Positions 13,011 through 25,329 of a DNA stretch of 64,000 nt are shown here, one piece after another (the stretch's first letter is position 1; every line of letters begins with the position of its first letter). The notes below the pieces were generated by a model, which worked only from the letters and a program-made list of their open reading frames with translations, was not told where the DNA came from and made no database searches. The DNA is from Epiperipatus broadwayi. Taxonomy: Eukaryota > Animalia > Onychophora. The translations under genes were made by a program, and so were the position numbers. The stretch is taken from the NCBI GenBank assembly GCA_028023455.1, contig JAQFVV010000007.1:11036001-11100000 (forward strand). The letters are read 5' to 3'.

Positions 13011-14639
13011 TTATTGTCTTTTATTATTTAGACATAATATCTTATCAACAACTTTTTTATTCATATCAAAAACATCTCTATAGTTTCATTCAAATTTCTG
13101 ATCATTTAATATTAAGATCCTAACCAAACATTTAATAAATTATTTTTTAAGCATCCAACAACAATACATGCAACTATATCTTCTTAATTTTATTAACAGC
13201 TTATCAACAAATGTATACACTTCTCATTTTTAATTTGCAAGTTCTTTTTATAATTAACTCAATTTTTATTTACAAACAATATGAATGTATCACATCTTTT
13301 CACACTAATCTTTCTATCTCTCTTTGTATTTTTATTAGTCTAACTGTAATTATAGTTTTTTTTTTTTTTTGGTATTCCAGTTTTATTGAAATTTCATTAA
13401 TTCATCTTGGTATTTTGATAAATCAACTCCACTTGTAAACATTATCATAACATAAACTAACATAATGCAAGAGAATAAGCATTATTGCAATAAGTATAGA
13501 GTTAGAAATGTAGAAAAAGTATTGAACGTCTTGTTAAACAACATCCATTAACAAAAGTTAGACAGTTTTTCTGTTTATACTTCTTTACATATCTATCTAA
13601 ATCATATAAAACATGGACATTTTTCCAGGTCATAATTTATACATTTTTTAAGTAACAATTTTGCATACTATTAACATAGTGATGTTGCTATTGGTAAATA
13701 GATATTTATCTATTATTAATTACAGGACAAATGTCCTTTATTAATCTGGTTTTGGCAAATGATTATCAATGCATTGACATGCATATGATTCAATCTGAAC
13801 TGGTAGTAGATATAATGTAGTATTATAATCACTAATATCATAGTTGGATATCTTTGCTCATATGTATCATTCTGGTAAAAAATTATTTATTATTATGACT
13901 CATATATCTAATAGACAACTATCTTTCCATCTATCATTTTTTCATTATAATAACCTAAAATGCAATCCAATTCATTGTAATGTACTTAAAGAAAAGATTG
14001 AAATAAACCTTTTTCTTTATTTCTACATATCTTCCATATCTACATCTATCTACATTTCTATGTACATCTCTTATTTTTCTTTTCATGTAAATTGATGCAA
14101 ATGGTCTGTGATTAAGATTTACTTTAATTTAATATTAATATAAGAATAATTTTACAATAAGAATCCCTGTACATATATTTTAGTTGTTTCAGGCCTACAT
14201 ATTGTTAACTAATTTAGTTTTTATGAGAGGAAATATAATTAAATTTAATTTAAAATTTATAAAACTAATTCACAGAACACAGTTTGTCTGAGTTTCTCTG
14301 AGGAAAATATTCTTTCATTTCAATTTTTAAAATATTGAAATATTTTTTTCTGAAATAACTTTGTAAAAGAGTCGGAGTAAAAGGCAAGAATCTGTTATGT
14401 AGAGGCTTGATCTATATCTGTATCAAACCCTTTTTGTGGACTTAAATTATGACTGATTTTAAATTGAATCTATAGTAAATAAATAATATTAACATCTAAA
14501 TTCAAGTCTATGCAATAATTACTTTTTCTTTAATAATTAAATCAACCTTTTGAATTAATGCATGATGCAAAAATGTTTTTCCATATCACCTAACTATCTA
14601 TATAAAAGCATTTTCACATATTTTCTATCTTAATATAAA

Positions 14640-14860
14640 TCGAGCCCTGATTATATATAACTGTGGGAAATGATGGTCTGTACCAATTGATGCATGCTGG
14701 TTCAGCATGAAATATGGATATTGGAGATTATTTATCTTTTTTACATGTATTCATTTGTATCAGTTATTTTGGATGGAGTGGATGGTTATAGGGAGCATAA
14801 AAGTCTGGGTTTAAATCTCTTTAATTACATCTAGGCTAAGTATATACATTATACTTGTAT
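14640..14860 (-). mobile_element. Family A reverse arm with terminus
   Basis: gggaaatgatggtctgtaccaattgatg..aaagtctgggtttaaatctc..tatacttgtattttaaat. Confidence 0.75.
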
Positions 14861-14922
14861 TTTAAATTAAAGCATTATGTGACCTTAACTCTTTCATGTT
14901 CTGACATTTTCTGTTGTTATAC

Positions 14923-14959
14923 CTGATCGAACTTTTAGCCACTGCTTGACCTTTCATTT
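14923..14959 (-). CDS. Candidate small exon (xMKGQAVAKSSI)
   Basis: ttttatatAG|aaatgaaagg...tcgatcag|GTataa, with one open frame. No homology recognised. Confidence 0.15.
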
Positions 14960-15314
14960 CTATATAAAATCTTTATTTTATACTAAAACTCAGTAAATAG
15001 AACTTAATTTTTTTTAAAAAAATAATTTTATAAAGGGATAACTTTCTAAAAAAAATATTTGAACATTACAAATATTGGACACATGATTGTAAATAAGAAA
15101 AAAGAATGTAATATGTCATTCAATGATGTGAAGAAAAACACTTTAGAAAATCAATGACATTTTTTAAATTTTAAATTTATTTTTAAACTACAAATGAATA
15201 AATAATAATTTTTCATAAATCACTCAAATTCTGCTTTATAATGTTAAAATTGGTTCACTATTTTTAAAATAACTATAAAAGATTCTAACACCATTAACAA
15301 TTTTAAATATTAAG

Positions 15315-15352
15315 ATCGTACTATTAACTCGCTGTAAATCGCAAGATTTCAC
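15315..15352 (+). other. CpG-rich candidate first/small exon ending at a consensus donor
   Basis: Four CpGs in ~40 bp, then cac|GTAAGT at 15353. Frame 0 reads IVLLTRCKSQDF(T), ending in phase 2. Confidence 0.3.
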
Positions 15353-16172
15353 GTAAGTTAATTTGTATAGGAAAATAGTCAATTTAAACAGTGGAGAAAA
15401 CAACTACTTCACACTTCCAAAGCAAGATGCTTCAGATTTGCCTATATAAATGGACATTTAGGTTAAAGATAAGATGGCCATTCTTATCTTTATAAAAGTC
15501 ACTATCTTGTGTCATAGTTTGGAATATCCCTCTATCGGCAAAATATGCTTGATTATTGCAAAAGATAATGATGTTACAAGAAAATATCATAAAGCATTGT
15601 TTTCTCAATAACTTTGTTTTTATTGTTACTGTCAAATTTCTTAACTTCTATTTTTTTAAATAAAATATATACAAATAAATCAAAATATATACATGTATTA
15701 TTTTTGTATAAAATAATTATTAAACAATTATTATGTAAAACTAATCATAATACTCAATAAACTATCATATTTTTTTTTATTTCAAAAATTTTATTGAAAT
15801 AACCTTACATATGGTATGAAAAATCAGATTACAATAAATCAAAAGTGTCCCTGCTTTAGGGGTGATCCTATCTTTTATTAGCAATGAGGTAAAGATCTTT
15901 GAAGATTTCTGATTGTCTGGAAGATACTGAACTCCTAAGATTTTTTTAAATTAATAAATCAATAATATGTGGAACACAGTTTTAACATTATTAAAAAAAA
16001 CCTTACAATAATATCAGTTAAGATAAAGGTAGAATAATCTAAAGTTGCAGAATTACCATGCTATTTCTGAAGTAAACAAGCCATGTAAATTAATGAAACT
16101 AATAATAAAAAAGTTAACTTGTGTTCTAAATGTAAATGCAATCTGCAATTAAAAGTTTAATCTTTATTTTAG

Positions 16173-16410
16173 ATGCTTAATCAGAGTTGATATTTTAGAA
16201 TGCACACCTAAAATTATTATTTCAGAATGCATGCCTGGAATTAATACTTCAGTGTTCATGCCTAAAACTGACATTTCACAACTCATAGGTAGAGTTAATA
16301 ATTCAGAATACGTGCCTGGAGTTTATATTTCAGAATGCATGATTAAAATTGCTATTTCACAATTCATGTCTAGAGTTGATATTTCAGAATGTACATCTAC
16401 AGATTGTTGA
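16173..16410 (+). repeat. 27-bp minisatellite (8 units, 16183-16398) forming an open 9-aa repeat; possible terminal exon
   Basis: Units such as agagttgatatttcagaatgcatgcct with no indels. Frame reads CLI-RVDILECTP-KIIISECMP-GINTSVFMP-KTDISQLIG-RVNNSEYVP-GVYISECMI-KIAISQFMS-RVDISECTS-TDC* after acceptor tctttattttAG (16172). The repeat is certain; coding status is not. Confidence 0.75.
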
Positions 16411-16580
16411 AGAAATGCTTATAAAATAGATTATAGATGTAATTTCAAAAAAAAATAATTGGATTAAATATTTTAAACTTTTAATTTAATAAATTCTAAA
16501 AAAGCAAATGTCCATTGTTCACAAGTTGCTATATATATATATATAAAACAAAATAAATGTCCGCTAATATCTATAATACA

Positions 16581-16876
16581 ATAACAAAACTTAAATATAT
16601 TCCAAACAACGGTAAACAATTTATAATACAATATAAATAAAAACTCAATAAAAACTCATAAAGAAATATTTTCGATTATATTCATAATCATTTTCAACTC
16701 AACTTTCGAAATGGAATCATCTATTACCGGTAATAGATGATTCCATTTTGAAAGTTGAGTTGAAAATGATTATGAATATAATCGAAAATATTTCTTTATG
16801 AGTTTTTATTGAGTTTTTATTTATATTGTATTATAAATTGTTTACCGTTGTTTGGAATATATTTAAGTTTTGTTAT
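16581..16876. repeat. Near-perfect 296-bp spacerless palindrome
   Basis: Centred on ttACCGGTaa (16728/16729). The ~148-bp arms differ by one substitution and one indel. Confidence 0.95.
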
Positions 16877-16934
16877 ATATATATGAAAACCAAAAAAACA
16901 CAAGATAAAAAACTTGCTAATGCTTGTATTTATG

Positions 16935-17160
16935 ATAACAGATGGCGTTCTACCAAAAACACCGTCAAGCGTAGTTTTCTGTTTACATAAATGTCAGAGC
17001 GAGCATTCACTATCTCTAACTTTAATTCCACTTTCAGATCATGATTTCAAGCTATTTGCTATCGTCAGTGAAAGACAGGAATAAGAAACTAGATCTAAAC
17101 ACAAACTCTGAGCATTTATGAAACAGTTTCTATTCAGCTTGCAAGCATGAATCTTTTAGA
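16935..17160. promoter_or_regulatory. Candidate promoter (CpG patch with YY1-type AGATGGCG)
   Basis: Six CpGs in ~220 bp, AGATGGCG at 16940-16947, and higher complexity than the flanks. Confidence 0.4.
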
Positions 17161-17211
17161 CACGTTAATGTCTTCAAACTCAGCATAGCAAGCCAGATAG
17201 CTTATCTAATG

Positions 17212-17249
<38 letters not shown>

Positions 17250-17253
<4 letters not shown>

Positions 17254-17360
17254 CATTAGAAACCAGTCATCACTTAGACATTCACAATATCAATAACAAT
17301 CAACAATCTCAAACTGTTATCAAGACAACCTTTTTTTAAAAAATAAAGGTTGAATCCCAC
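17250..17360 (+). repeat. Dispersed repeat family C (~100 bp)
   Basis: aatcattagaaaccagtca.cacttagaca..caatatcaataacaatc..aaactgttgtcaagg..aataaagg. Also at 17607-17690, 30152-30250, 52205-52315 and reversed at 56425-56510. Class unknown. Confidence 0.8.
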
Positions 17361-17606
17361 CTTTCTTTATGATCCACTATATTTATATAGACACTAGAGA
17401 TTGCAACTTGGCCACAAAAATTAAAATTATTGATATGAAGAAGTTTAAATAAACTTCATTAAACAGATAAATATAATATGTTCTGAATGCAGACTAATTA
17501 ATAGCCAATTATAACAAACTGCAATTATTGTTTTCAAATTGCATTCAAAATATAACTTAAATAATAAGTATTATAATAATGCTTAAGATTAAATGAGTTT
17601 ATAAGT

Positions 17607-17690
17607 AATCATTAGAAACCAGTCAACATTTAGACAATCCCAATACCAATAACAATCTATAATCTCAAACTGTTGTCAAGGCATATTTCT
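17607..17690 (+). repeat. Family C copy
   Basis: Aligns by eye with 17250-17340. Confidence 0.75.
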
Positions 17691-18839
17691 GTTCTTTATT
17701 AGAATAACAAGACATGGAATACATTTAATTTAACATATATAACTCTCTGGAGAAATTTAAAATATCATTTGCAGAATGTCATAAAGTAAGTTATTTTTCA
17801 CATTATCACACTAATATAAAATGGCTTTCAGAATTTAAATCCATTTAACAGCTTGAACTTCAAGTAAAAAAGGACCTTTTTTTACTTCAACAATACCAAA
17901 AAAGAGCTATTATAGGTTAATAGGGAAAATGTATTTAACCTCAGGAAGATTATCAATTAGTAGTAATTGATAGTTTCCTGGCAATATCAAAAGCAAAAGT
18001 TATTTCTGTTTACATGGATGTTAATCCAAATATCTATCACTTAGAGACTTCTACTATCCAAACAAAAATCTCAAAAAATGTCTAAAATTTTATAAGTGGA
18101 TTAGTTTGTACACACACTTATAAATAAGAATAAAGACAAAACATGAAGTAAATATCCGCAAATGAAAACACATACCCCACACAGTTTAGTATACAAGTGG
18201 AGTGATAGATTCTGGAACCCAAGGTCCATAAACTGTGGTTCCAATTCTTACACTTCTGATGCTCAAATATTTTATGGACTTGTGGGCAATTAATCATTCA
18301 ATTTTAATGTCTAACTGCAATGAGTTGTCTCACTTTTTCTATTTTAACAAAGTTACAGTTTATGTTGAGGGAGTAAATGAAGTATATTTGAAATCTAAAA
18401 GTTCATGTATCCAAAAATATCTTGGAACCAGAGATCTTGGTTTAATGATTCCTTACTTCTACAATTACCATTTTATACTATCTAAAGTCAAAAACTAAAC
18501 TAGTTCATAAAATAAACAAATTCCAACTAGAAAAAATTAAAATTAAAAATTCATAATCAATAATGTTATTACTAAGATAGCTTTCTCAAATAAAAAAAAA
18601 TCAGCACAAAACATATTTATATTAAATTACTATCCCATAATTCTAAGAGAAAGGCTGATTAGAATTATGGAGTAATTGGTTAGTGTAAAGTTGCTTTGTA
18701 TTAGTGCGACTTTGCACTTGAAAATTCTGCCTTGGTAATAAATCTATTGATCGTAGTTAATTTTTAATTTTAATTTTAGCTAATTTATTAATTATGTATT
18801 TGGTTTAATTCATTTAACTATCACTATATATATATATAT

Positions 18840-19015
18840 AAGCAGCTAATGTTAAAATTCGGCTTTCATGAGATTTGAGTTGATGACGTTTGCTTCCATT
18901 TTGTTTATTGATTTTAACACGAGTTGGGGAGGGTTAATGGAATTAACCAAAAGTACTTCTGCAGAATAAAAGGCTGTATATAATAGTTTATTACCATTAT
19001 ATTTATTAGTTTTAT
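18840..19015 (+). mobile_element. Solo copy of the PLE 3' tail (pLTR-like)
   Basis: gcagctaatgttaaaat..ttgatgacgtttgcttccattttg..aaagtacttctgcaga..ataatagtttattaccatta matches 9995-10190. Confidence 0.8.
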
Positions 19016-20966
19016 TGTTTTAAATAATCTTACACTTAAAATCAGTAAAAAAAAAAATAGCATTATTTTTTACTAATTTTAGTAATATTATATAATATGA
19101 TAAAGTTAAAAACAATTCAAGTGAAAAACGTCCAAAGCTTATTTAGAATTTCGATATTTAAATTAGAAGAAATTCTAAAATAAAACTAGTTCAAATAATA
19201 TTTGATGTTATCAGCATTCAAATAAAATTATCTTACATGCATCAAAATTAAATGAAAAAATAAAACAATAAAATATGTATCCATTGGCTGCGATGTTTTG
19301 CTAGGTTTACTTTTACTTAGGTTTCAGTACTGGAAATTAAAAGTATATTAAAATAATAAGGCTCAACTCATAATCTATTTTATTTTCTCTTAACCTGAAA
19401 CCGATCAGATGCAAAAAAATAAGAAGCATTAAAATACCTGTCAAATTGATGGTCATGTGATATGTGATGATCATATGAACTATTTGATTAACTAGAAGAC
19501 CTTTCTCACATAATGTGTAATGAATTATATGTCTCACTTTGTTTCTATATTATTAGAAACTTTTAATATGTTAATATTGAACTTGTAAGTAGAAACAGGT
19601 TCAGTAGACAAAATAGATTTTTATGTAAATGATAACCAACACAAAGAATACATTATCGTTATATAAAACAAAATATTAGATTATTTTTCTTCCATTGTTA
19701 TGAATGATATTTATTTTACAATTTCTTTAAAGATTCAACAATAAGTTTGAATACTATGTGGTGAATACATCTTTATGCAGACATTCATATAGATTCACAT
19801 ATTGAATAAAAATTTAGAAGTAAATTAATCTACCATGTAGCAATGCTATCTTACTGCAAAACCAAATGTAAAGAGTCTGGCAAAGTAATAGAAACATCTG
19901 TGGTACTTTTGTTAATGTAATAAAGGTCACAAATTGTATTATAATTAAATAGGAATAGAATTATATAACAGTTAAAGAGTATCATATAAAACGTAAACAA
20001 TTTTTATGTAAAAAAGCCTCAATTATTTTCATAAATGTAGTAAAGGAAATTTATTATTTATAACTGTAAGAATGATCCACAGAGATTTAATAATATTTAA
20101 AATTCACATGATACAAAAAAAAAATACAAGTGATGTATAAAGCCATATTTATATTCTTTAAAACAATAATTGACTACATAGATGATATATTAAAGTCTAG
20201 TATGTTTGAAATTGAAAGCCTTGTCTGGAAATTTTTTTTTTATCACACTGATGCTGATTTCCAAATGTTTAAATAAGCCATAACTATGATATGATCATGC
20301 AGAAATGATCCACATGAATTATCATGATATAGCTTCTCAATTCATCACAATCTCCCACAATAGCAGAAGAAATTTGGTTGTTAGACTTATTTTGATGGTT
20401 TCAAAGAACATAAATAATCAATCACAAAACAATGTGATATGGTTTCAATCTAACAGTTTTCAATTCTGATATTTATGATACCAATGATTTTTAAATGTAA
20501 GTGAATGGTTTATTGTTCGTGGGAATTTATAAGAAGATTGAGAGGAGGAAGTTACCAACTAGACAACAATACACAGACTTTGGGATACAGAGGGTGCTGA
20601 TTTACGATTGCTTCACACCCAATTCCTTATTTCATAACATTCTTTCATTAAAAATAAAACATTGACATAGTATTTCAATCATAATAATCTGCTTGTGCAG
20701 TTTATGGTGAATTTTTATAACAAATATTAGTCTTTAAATGCTTGTTTATTCTTTACATGTTATTAAACTCACATTATATTACACTGAATGATGTTTGTTT
20801 TTTTTTTTTTTCCCCAAGGCTTTGTTAATAGCATAAAAATAAATTTAAAAATGCTAAAAGTTATTTTTATATTTATTTAAGAATCAGATTCTAATTATAA
20901 TTATATTCCATAGGCTGTGAAAAATTAAAGAGTAAACAAAAATATAGTCTCTTCACACAAAATCAA

Positions 20967-21905
20967 AATCATTATTGTGTATGTTCAGAAGATTGTAAAT
21001 AAATTTACAGACTAATTTCCTTATTATTTTTTAAAAAGTTATTAACAATTTATTTAAAATTATGTAACGTTTGCATGGTAGCTTTATTTCTATGCAACTG
21101 CTTTTCCAGAGAAATTATTGAAATAAATATTTATGTGATATCAATTCAAATGTAACTCATATCAAAGACATATTTATGAGATATCAATCCAAATGTAATT
21201 CCTATCAAAAGACATTCTTGTTTGTCATTAAGAGAAGATAGTTGGTTTTTGGATCTTTCTTATTTATTTGCAAGGTTAATATTTTACATTTTAGATTGTA
21301 TTTGTATTTTTAAACTATGTTTTTGATAAATTATATAAAAATTATAATGTAAAATACAGAAATGAAAACAATATCTATCTCCTAGTGAGAAAAAAAGACT
21401 GCTGAAGAGTTCATAATAATTTGTGGATACTAAGTAACATTACAGGTTTTATAAGGACATTCTTATGTATACATAATTAAGCACGATAATGAAAAAACTA
21501 TGATGTCTTTATTAATATAGTGAAAGTCAACAATTTAAATCAAAACATTTTGGTTTTTATATAGGACAGATTAGATTAGTATCTGTGGTAATACATTTAA
21601 TGGCTGCTTTTATAATTTTGTTAATGATTATTATTCTTTAGTAGCCATTGATTTTTTTAGAGTTTGTTTTAATAGGATTTCATACTCCTTTCATTAGTAA
21701 ATATGCCAATCTAAAGTTTATATATTACGAATCTGATAAATATTTGTTTCAATAATTTCTCTGGTAAAGTAGTTGCATAGACATAAAGCTACCTTGCAAA
21801 CTTTGCATAATTTTTTTAAAAAAGTTAATAATTTTTAAAAAATAATAAAGAAATTAGACTGTAAATTTATTTACAAGCTGCTGGACATGTGCATTAATGA
21901 TTTTG
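20967..21905. mobile_element. ~940-bp element with ~170-bp terminal inverted repeats
   Basis: tgtaaataaatttacagactaatttc..ttttccagagaaattattgaaataaatattt (20995-21135) is mirrored at 21735-21880. No ORF in the ~600-bp core. Confidence 0.75.
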
Positions 21906-22354
21906 ATATTTTTATTTGTTTGTGATGAGTATCATTTTTTCTGCAGTTGCACTTTTGACCAATGTTATGGATTCGAAATGGTTCTAGTGTGTAGATGTGT
22001 TTGGCTGTGCTTTGCAAGTGTTACAGAGTATAAGACCAAGAATTTTTTTATTTAAATATTTAAAATTGTAATTATAGGCATAAATAAATAATACATGCCA
22101 TCTTAAGCACTGAATCATTGCAGGATTAGTAAGACCTGAATGGTATTAAGATGTTTTCATTGTCAAAACAATGTTATAGTGGGATTGTTATGGGAAAATG
22201 GTGAACTTCTTGTCTGAGTGTACAAATTAATAGAAGGTTTTATCAGTCAGGAAAAATGTATAGCTTATTGTAATAATACCCAAGATAGAAAGCTTATATC
22301 AATCAGACAATTTGAAATAGTTAATTATACAATTTAATTTATTACTACAAACTA

Positions 22355-22790
22355 GAAACATCACATAGGCAAAACTCTCTATACAGTAGTACTACTCAGC
22401 ACAAGCCATAGTAATCAATAGTTGCAGAAAGGTTTGGGAATAACATTTTTATCTAGTGCCTACTTATCCAATATTCCCAGACTTGTTTTTAACTTTCTGC
22501 TTTCATCAGTGAGGAGCCATGGATCTGAGAGCACTGCACCTAAATCTTAGGATCTAATGCAACTAGCATCCATCTCTTACTTTCTTAGGGTATCTCTAAA
22601 ACTTTGGGTCCAAAATGGAAACACAATAATGTTTTAATTTAAGCTCATCAGATTGTATAGTTATATGGATCTAAACTCAGTTCAGCATCCATATATTTTA
22701 GTGTTTTTGGTTATTTAATAATCAATAGATCTGAACTCAGTTCAGCATCTATACATTTTGGTGTTTTTGGTTATTTAATAATCAGTCATC
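22355..22790 (+). mobile_element. Family B fold-back element, left arm only, with internal ~59-bp tandem duplication
   Basis: ggcaaaactctc..gaggagccatggatctgagagcactgcacct..ctttgggtccaaaatg matches 22920-23270. Confidence 0.8.
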
Positions 22791-22861
22791 ATAATCATAT
22801 ATATTATTTTAACTTCACTCATATACACTTTAATGCAATTAATCCTATTGTTTAGGCTTGA

Positions 22862-23825
22862 TATTAACTATCAACATCACATGATCATCATTCTTTATGC
22901 TTAGACGAGCTGTTTTTCACAGAGTCAAAACTCTCCATAATGTAGCCCCATTCAGTGCAAGCCAGAGTAATTTATGGATGCAGGAAGGTTTGTGCATAAA
23001 ATTCCTAGTGCCTACTTAGCCAATAGACCCAGACTACTTTCTAGCTTATGGATTTCATCAATGAGGAGCCTTGGATCTTAGAGTAGGAAATAGATCTTAG
23101 GACCTAATGCAACCTTCCGACATTCATCTTTTACCTTATTAGCTAACTATAAAGCTTTGGGTCCAAAATGAAAACAATAATGTTTTCAATCTAAGTTCAT
23201 TAGCTTGTATAATTGTATAGATCTGAACTCAGTTCAATATAATACTTTGATGTCTTTGGTTTGTTAATAACCAAGGTGGTTCTTTAATAACCAAGGACAC
23301 CATAATTCTATTCATGGATAGTCTTGCCTCTCTGAAAAACAGCTTCTGTAAGCATAAAGAATAGTGATCATGTGATATTTGATAGTTTAATACTAATCCT
23401 GCCCAATAGGATTATGGTGCCTGTGATTATTAAAGAAATGAAGACACCAAAAAGTATGGTTGCTGAACTGAGTTCAGATCCTTACAACTATACAAGCTAA
23501 TGAGCTTAGTTCAAAATCATTATTGTGTTTTCGTTTTGAACTCAAAGGTGTATAGTTAGCTTAAAAAAATAAAAAGTGGCTTCTGGAGAGTTGCATTAGA
23601 TCCTAAGATCTATATGCAGTGCACTCAGATCCAAGGTTCTTTACTGGAGCAACATGCTTAGTCTGGAGATATTGGATGAGTAGGCACTAGATAGGAATTT
23701 TATGCACAAACCTTCCAGAATCCATCCATTACTGTGACTTGAACTGAGTGGTGCTGCTCATTGGAGAGTTTTGTCTCTGTGAACAACAGCTTGAGTAAGC
23801 ATAAAGAATGGTGATCATGTGAAAC
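22862..23825. mobile_element. Family B fold-back element, long form (~450-bp arms)
   Basis: Starts tattaactatcaacatcacatgatc and ends aagcataaagaatggtgatcatgtg. Arms are reverse complements, and an extra inverted terminus sits at 23330-23390. Confidence 0.85.
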
Positions 23826-25329
23826 TGCAAACTTGTGAAAACGTATTTCTTCTATAGCATTGTATTTAAACAGCTTATTTTAAGTCTGTAGATTTCTGAA
23901 AGTATTGTTTAAGTATTGTCTTTATTGTCTAAATAAATGTTAATATATTTTTAAATTTGCATAAAGTTTTAATGTCATCTCAATCACATATGACTTACCC
24001 AGAAATCTTAACATTATATAATTACTGATACAATTATATTTGATTCTAGTTGTTTAGCGTACATGCATATTAAGTAATGAATAATTACTTCGATATAATG
24101 GTCTATAGATGTGAAAAATGCATTCATAAAATAAAATATTTTAAAAAAAAATCTTAAATGTATCATTATAATCCATTGTCAATTATTAAAAGAAGACTGC
24201 TTTTGTAATAAAATTATTATTTGCTTATTCGTCATTTTTCATAAATTTAATGCTTAACTTATTTATCTCAATTTTATAAAAAAAATTTGGTATGAGTTGT
24301 TAATAGAATATCCCGAGTGGCTATAAAGTCCCTTATTCACTTTTGGTATTCCAATGCCATCCTAGGAGATATTATTTTATTCTAAATTAAGAGTTTCTAT
24401 GTATTTTATTTTAATTAAACTATTTTCTTTTAAATTTTTTTATTATTATTGTAAATTAGGTGATTATCTTAGGTGTAAGAATATGTCTCCTCATATATTC
24501 ACTAGGATGACATTCATTGTTTTAATAATACATAAATAAATAAAAGAATGAAAATTTTAATATTAAAAATATCTAATAAAGAACCCTGTTACTTTATTAT
24601 TGTAATTAATAATCGTAAAGAAATTGTTTTTAGCAAAAGAAATTATTTTGAGAAGTAAAGTGGCACAAACAAACTAATTAAACTTAAGAAACATTATTAT
24701 CCTTTATCAAGGGTTTGAATCATTGCAATAAAATTTGTAAGATTAGTGGTGATGAGATGAGTTATTATATTGGAGGGGGGGGTTATAAAAATATTATGAG
24801 AAAGAACATGTTATATGCTAACTACTCTTTGGTATCTGCTTTCAACATTAAGAGTATTTATATTTTAACAGAGTAGAAAGTTCTTCTCTTAAAATTCATT
24901 AACTCTGAATTAGCATAATTATAAGGTTTATTTATTCTTATTCTTATCCTTATGAGTCCTTTTATTATTAGCATGTATTATATTAATATACAATATATAT
25001 GATATCCCATTGTGCTTAAGCTATATGTCACCTTTTATTTATTTAGCCAAGGTTATTTATTTTATTGATTTGGTCAATGTATTTAATTCTGTTAGTAAAA
25101 GAGGATAATGACTTTCCACATTAATTGAAAGAACATGTTATTACTACAATTGGAAAAGATGAGACATTTGTAAGGAAAAGTAGTGCTAAGCAAAAATATG
25201 CACTCTAATATGGGGGCCTTTGGAATTGTTTAGAGATAGCTTAATGAAAGAGGATGAAGATATGATATAGATTGTTGGCTGAATATTTAATTTGAATCAA
25301 ATAAAATAATAACAAAATCGCCACCTTCT

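Noticed and set aside
13010-14000. Possible piggyBac relic on minus (FTSGVDLSK resembling MGGVDLxDQ); also the acidic stretch at 43380-43700
   Set aside because: Only a single short motif with many stops, so it cannot be supported.
16183-16398. CRISPR-like array
   Set aside because: The units are directly adjacent with no unique spacers, the context is eukaryotic, and there are no cas genes.
17703-18085. Candidate exon 17703-17785 (GTAAGT donor) and a stop-interrupted frame 17852-18085 faintly like an R4/RLE LINE
   Set aside because: The acceptor overlaps a family C repeat end, phases do not connect downstream, and the similarity is too weak.
18180-18500. Protein-like minus frame ..RIGTTVYGPWVPESITPLVY* and plus ORF 18235-18498
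   Set aside because: All three minus frames are closed just upstream without a convincing acceptor, and no homology was recognised.
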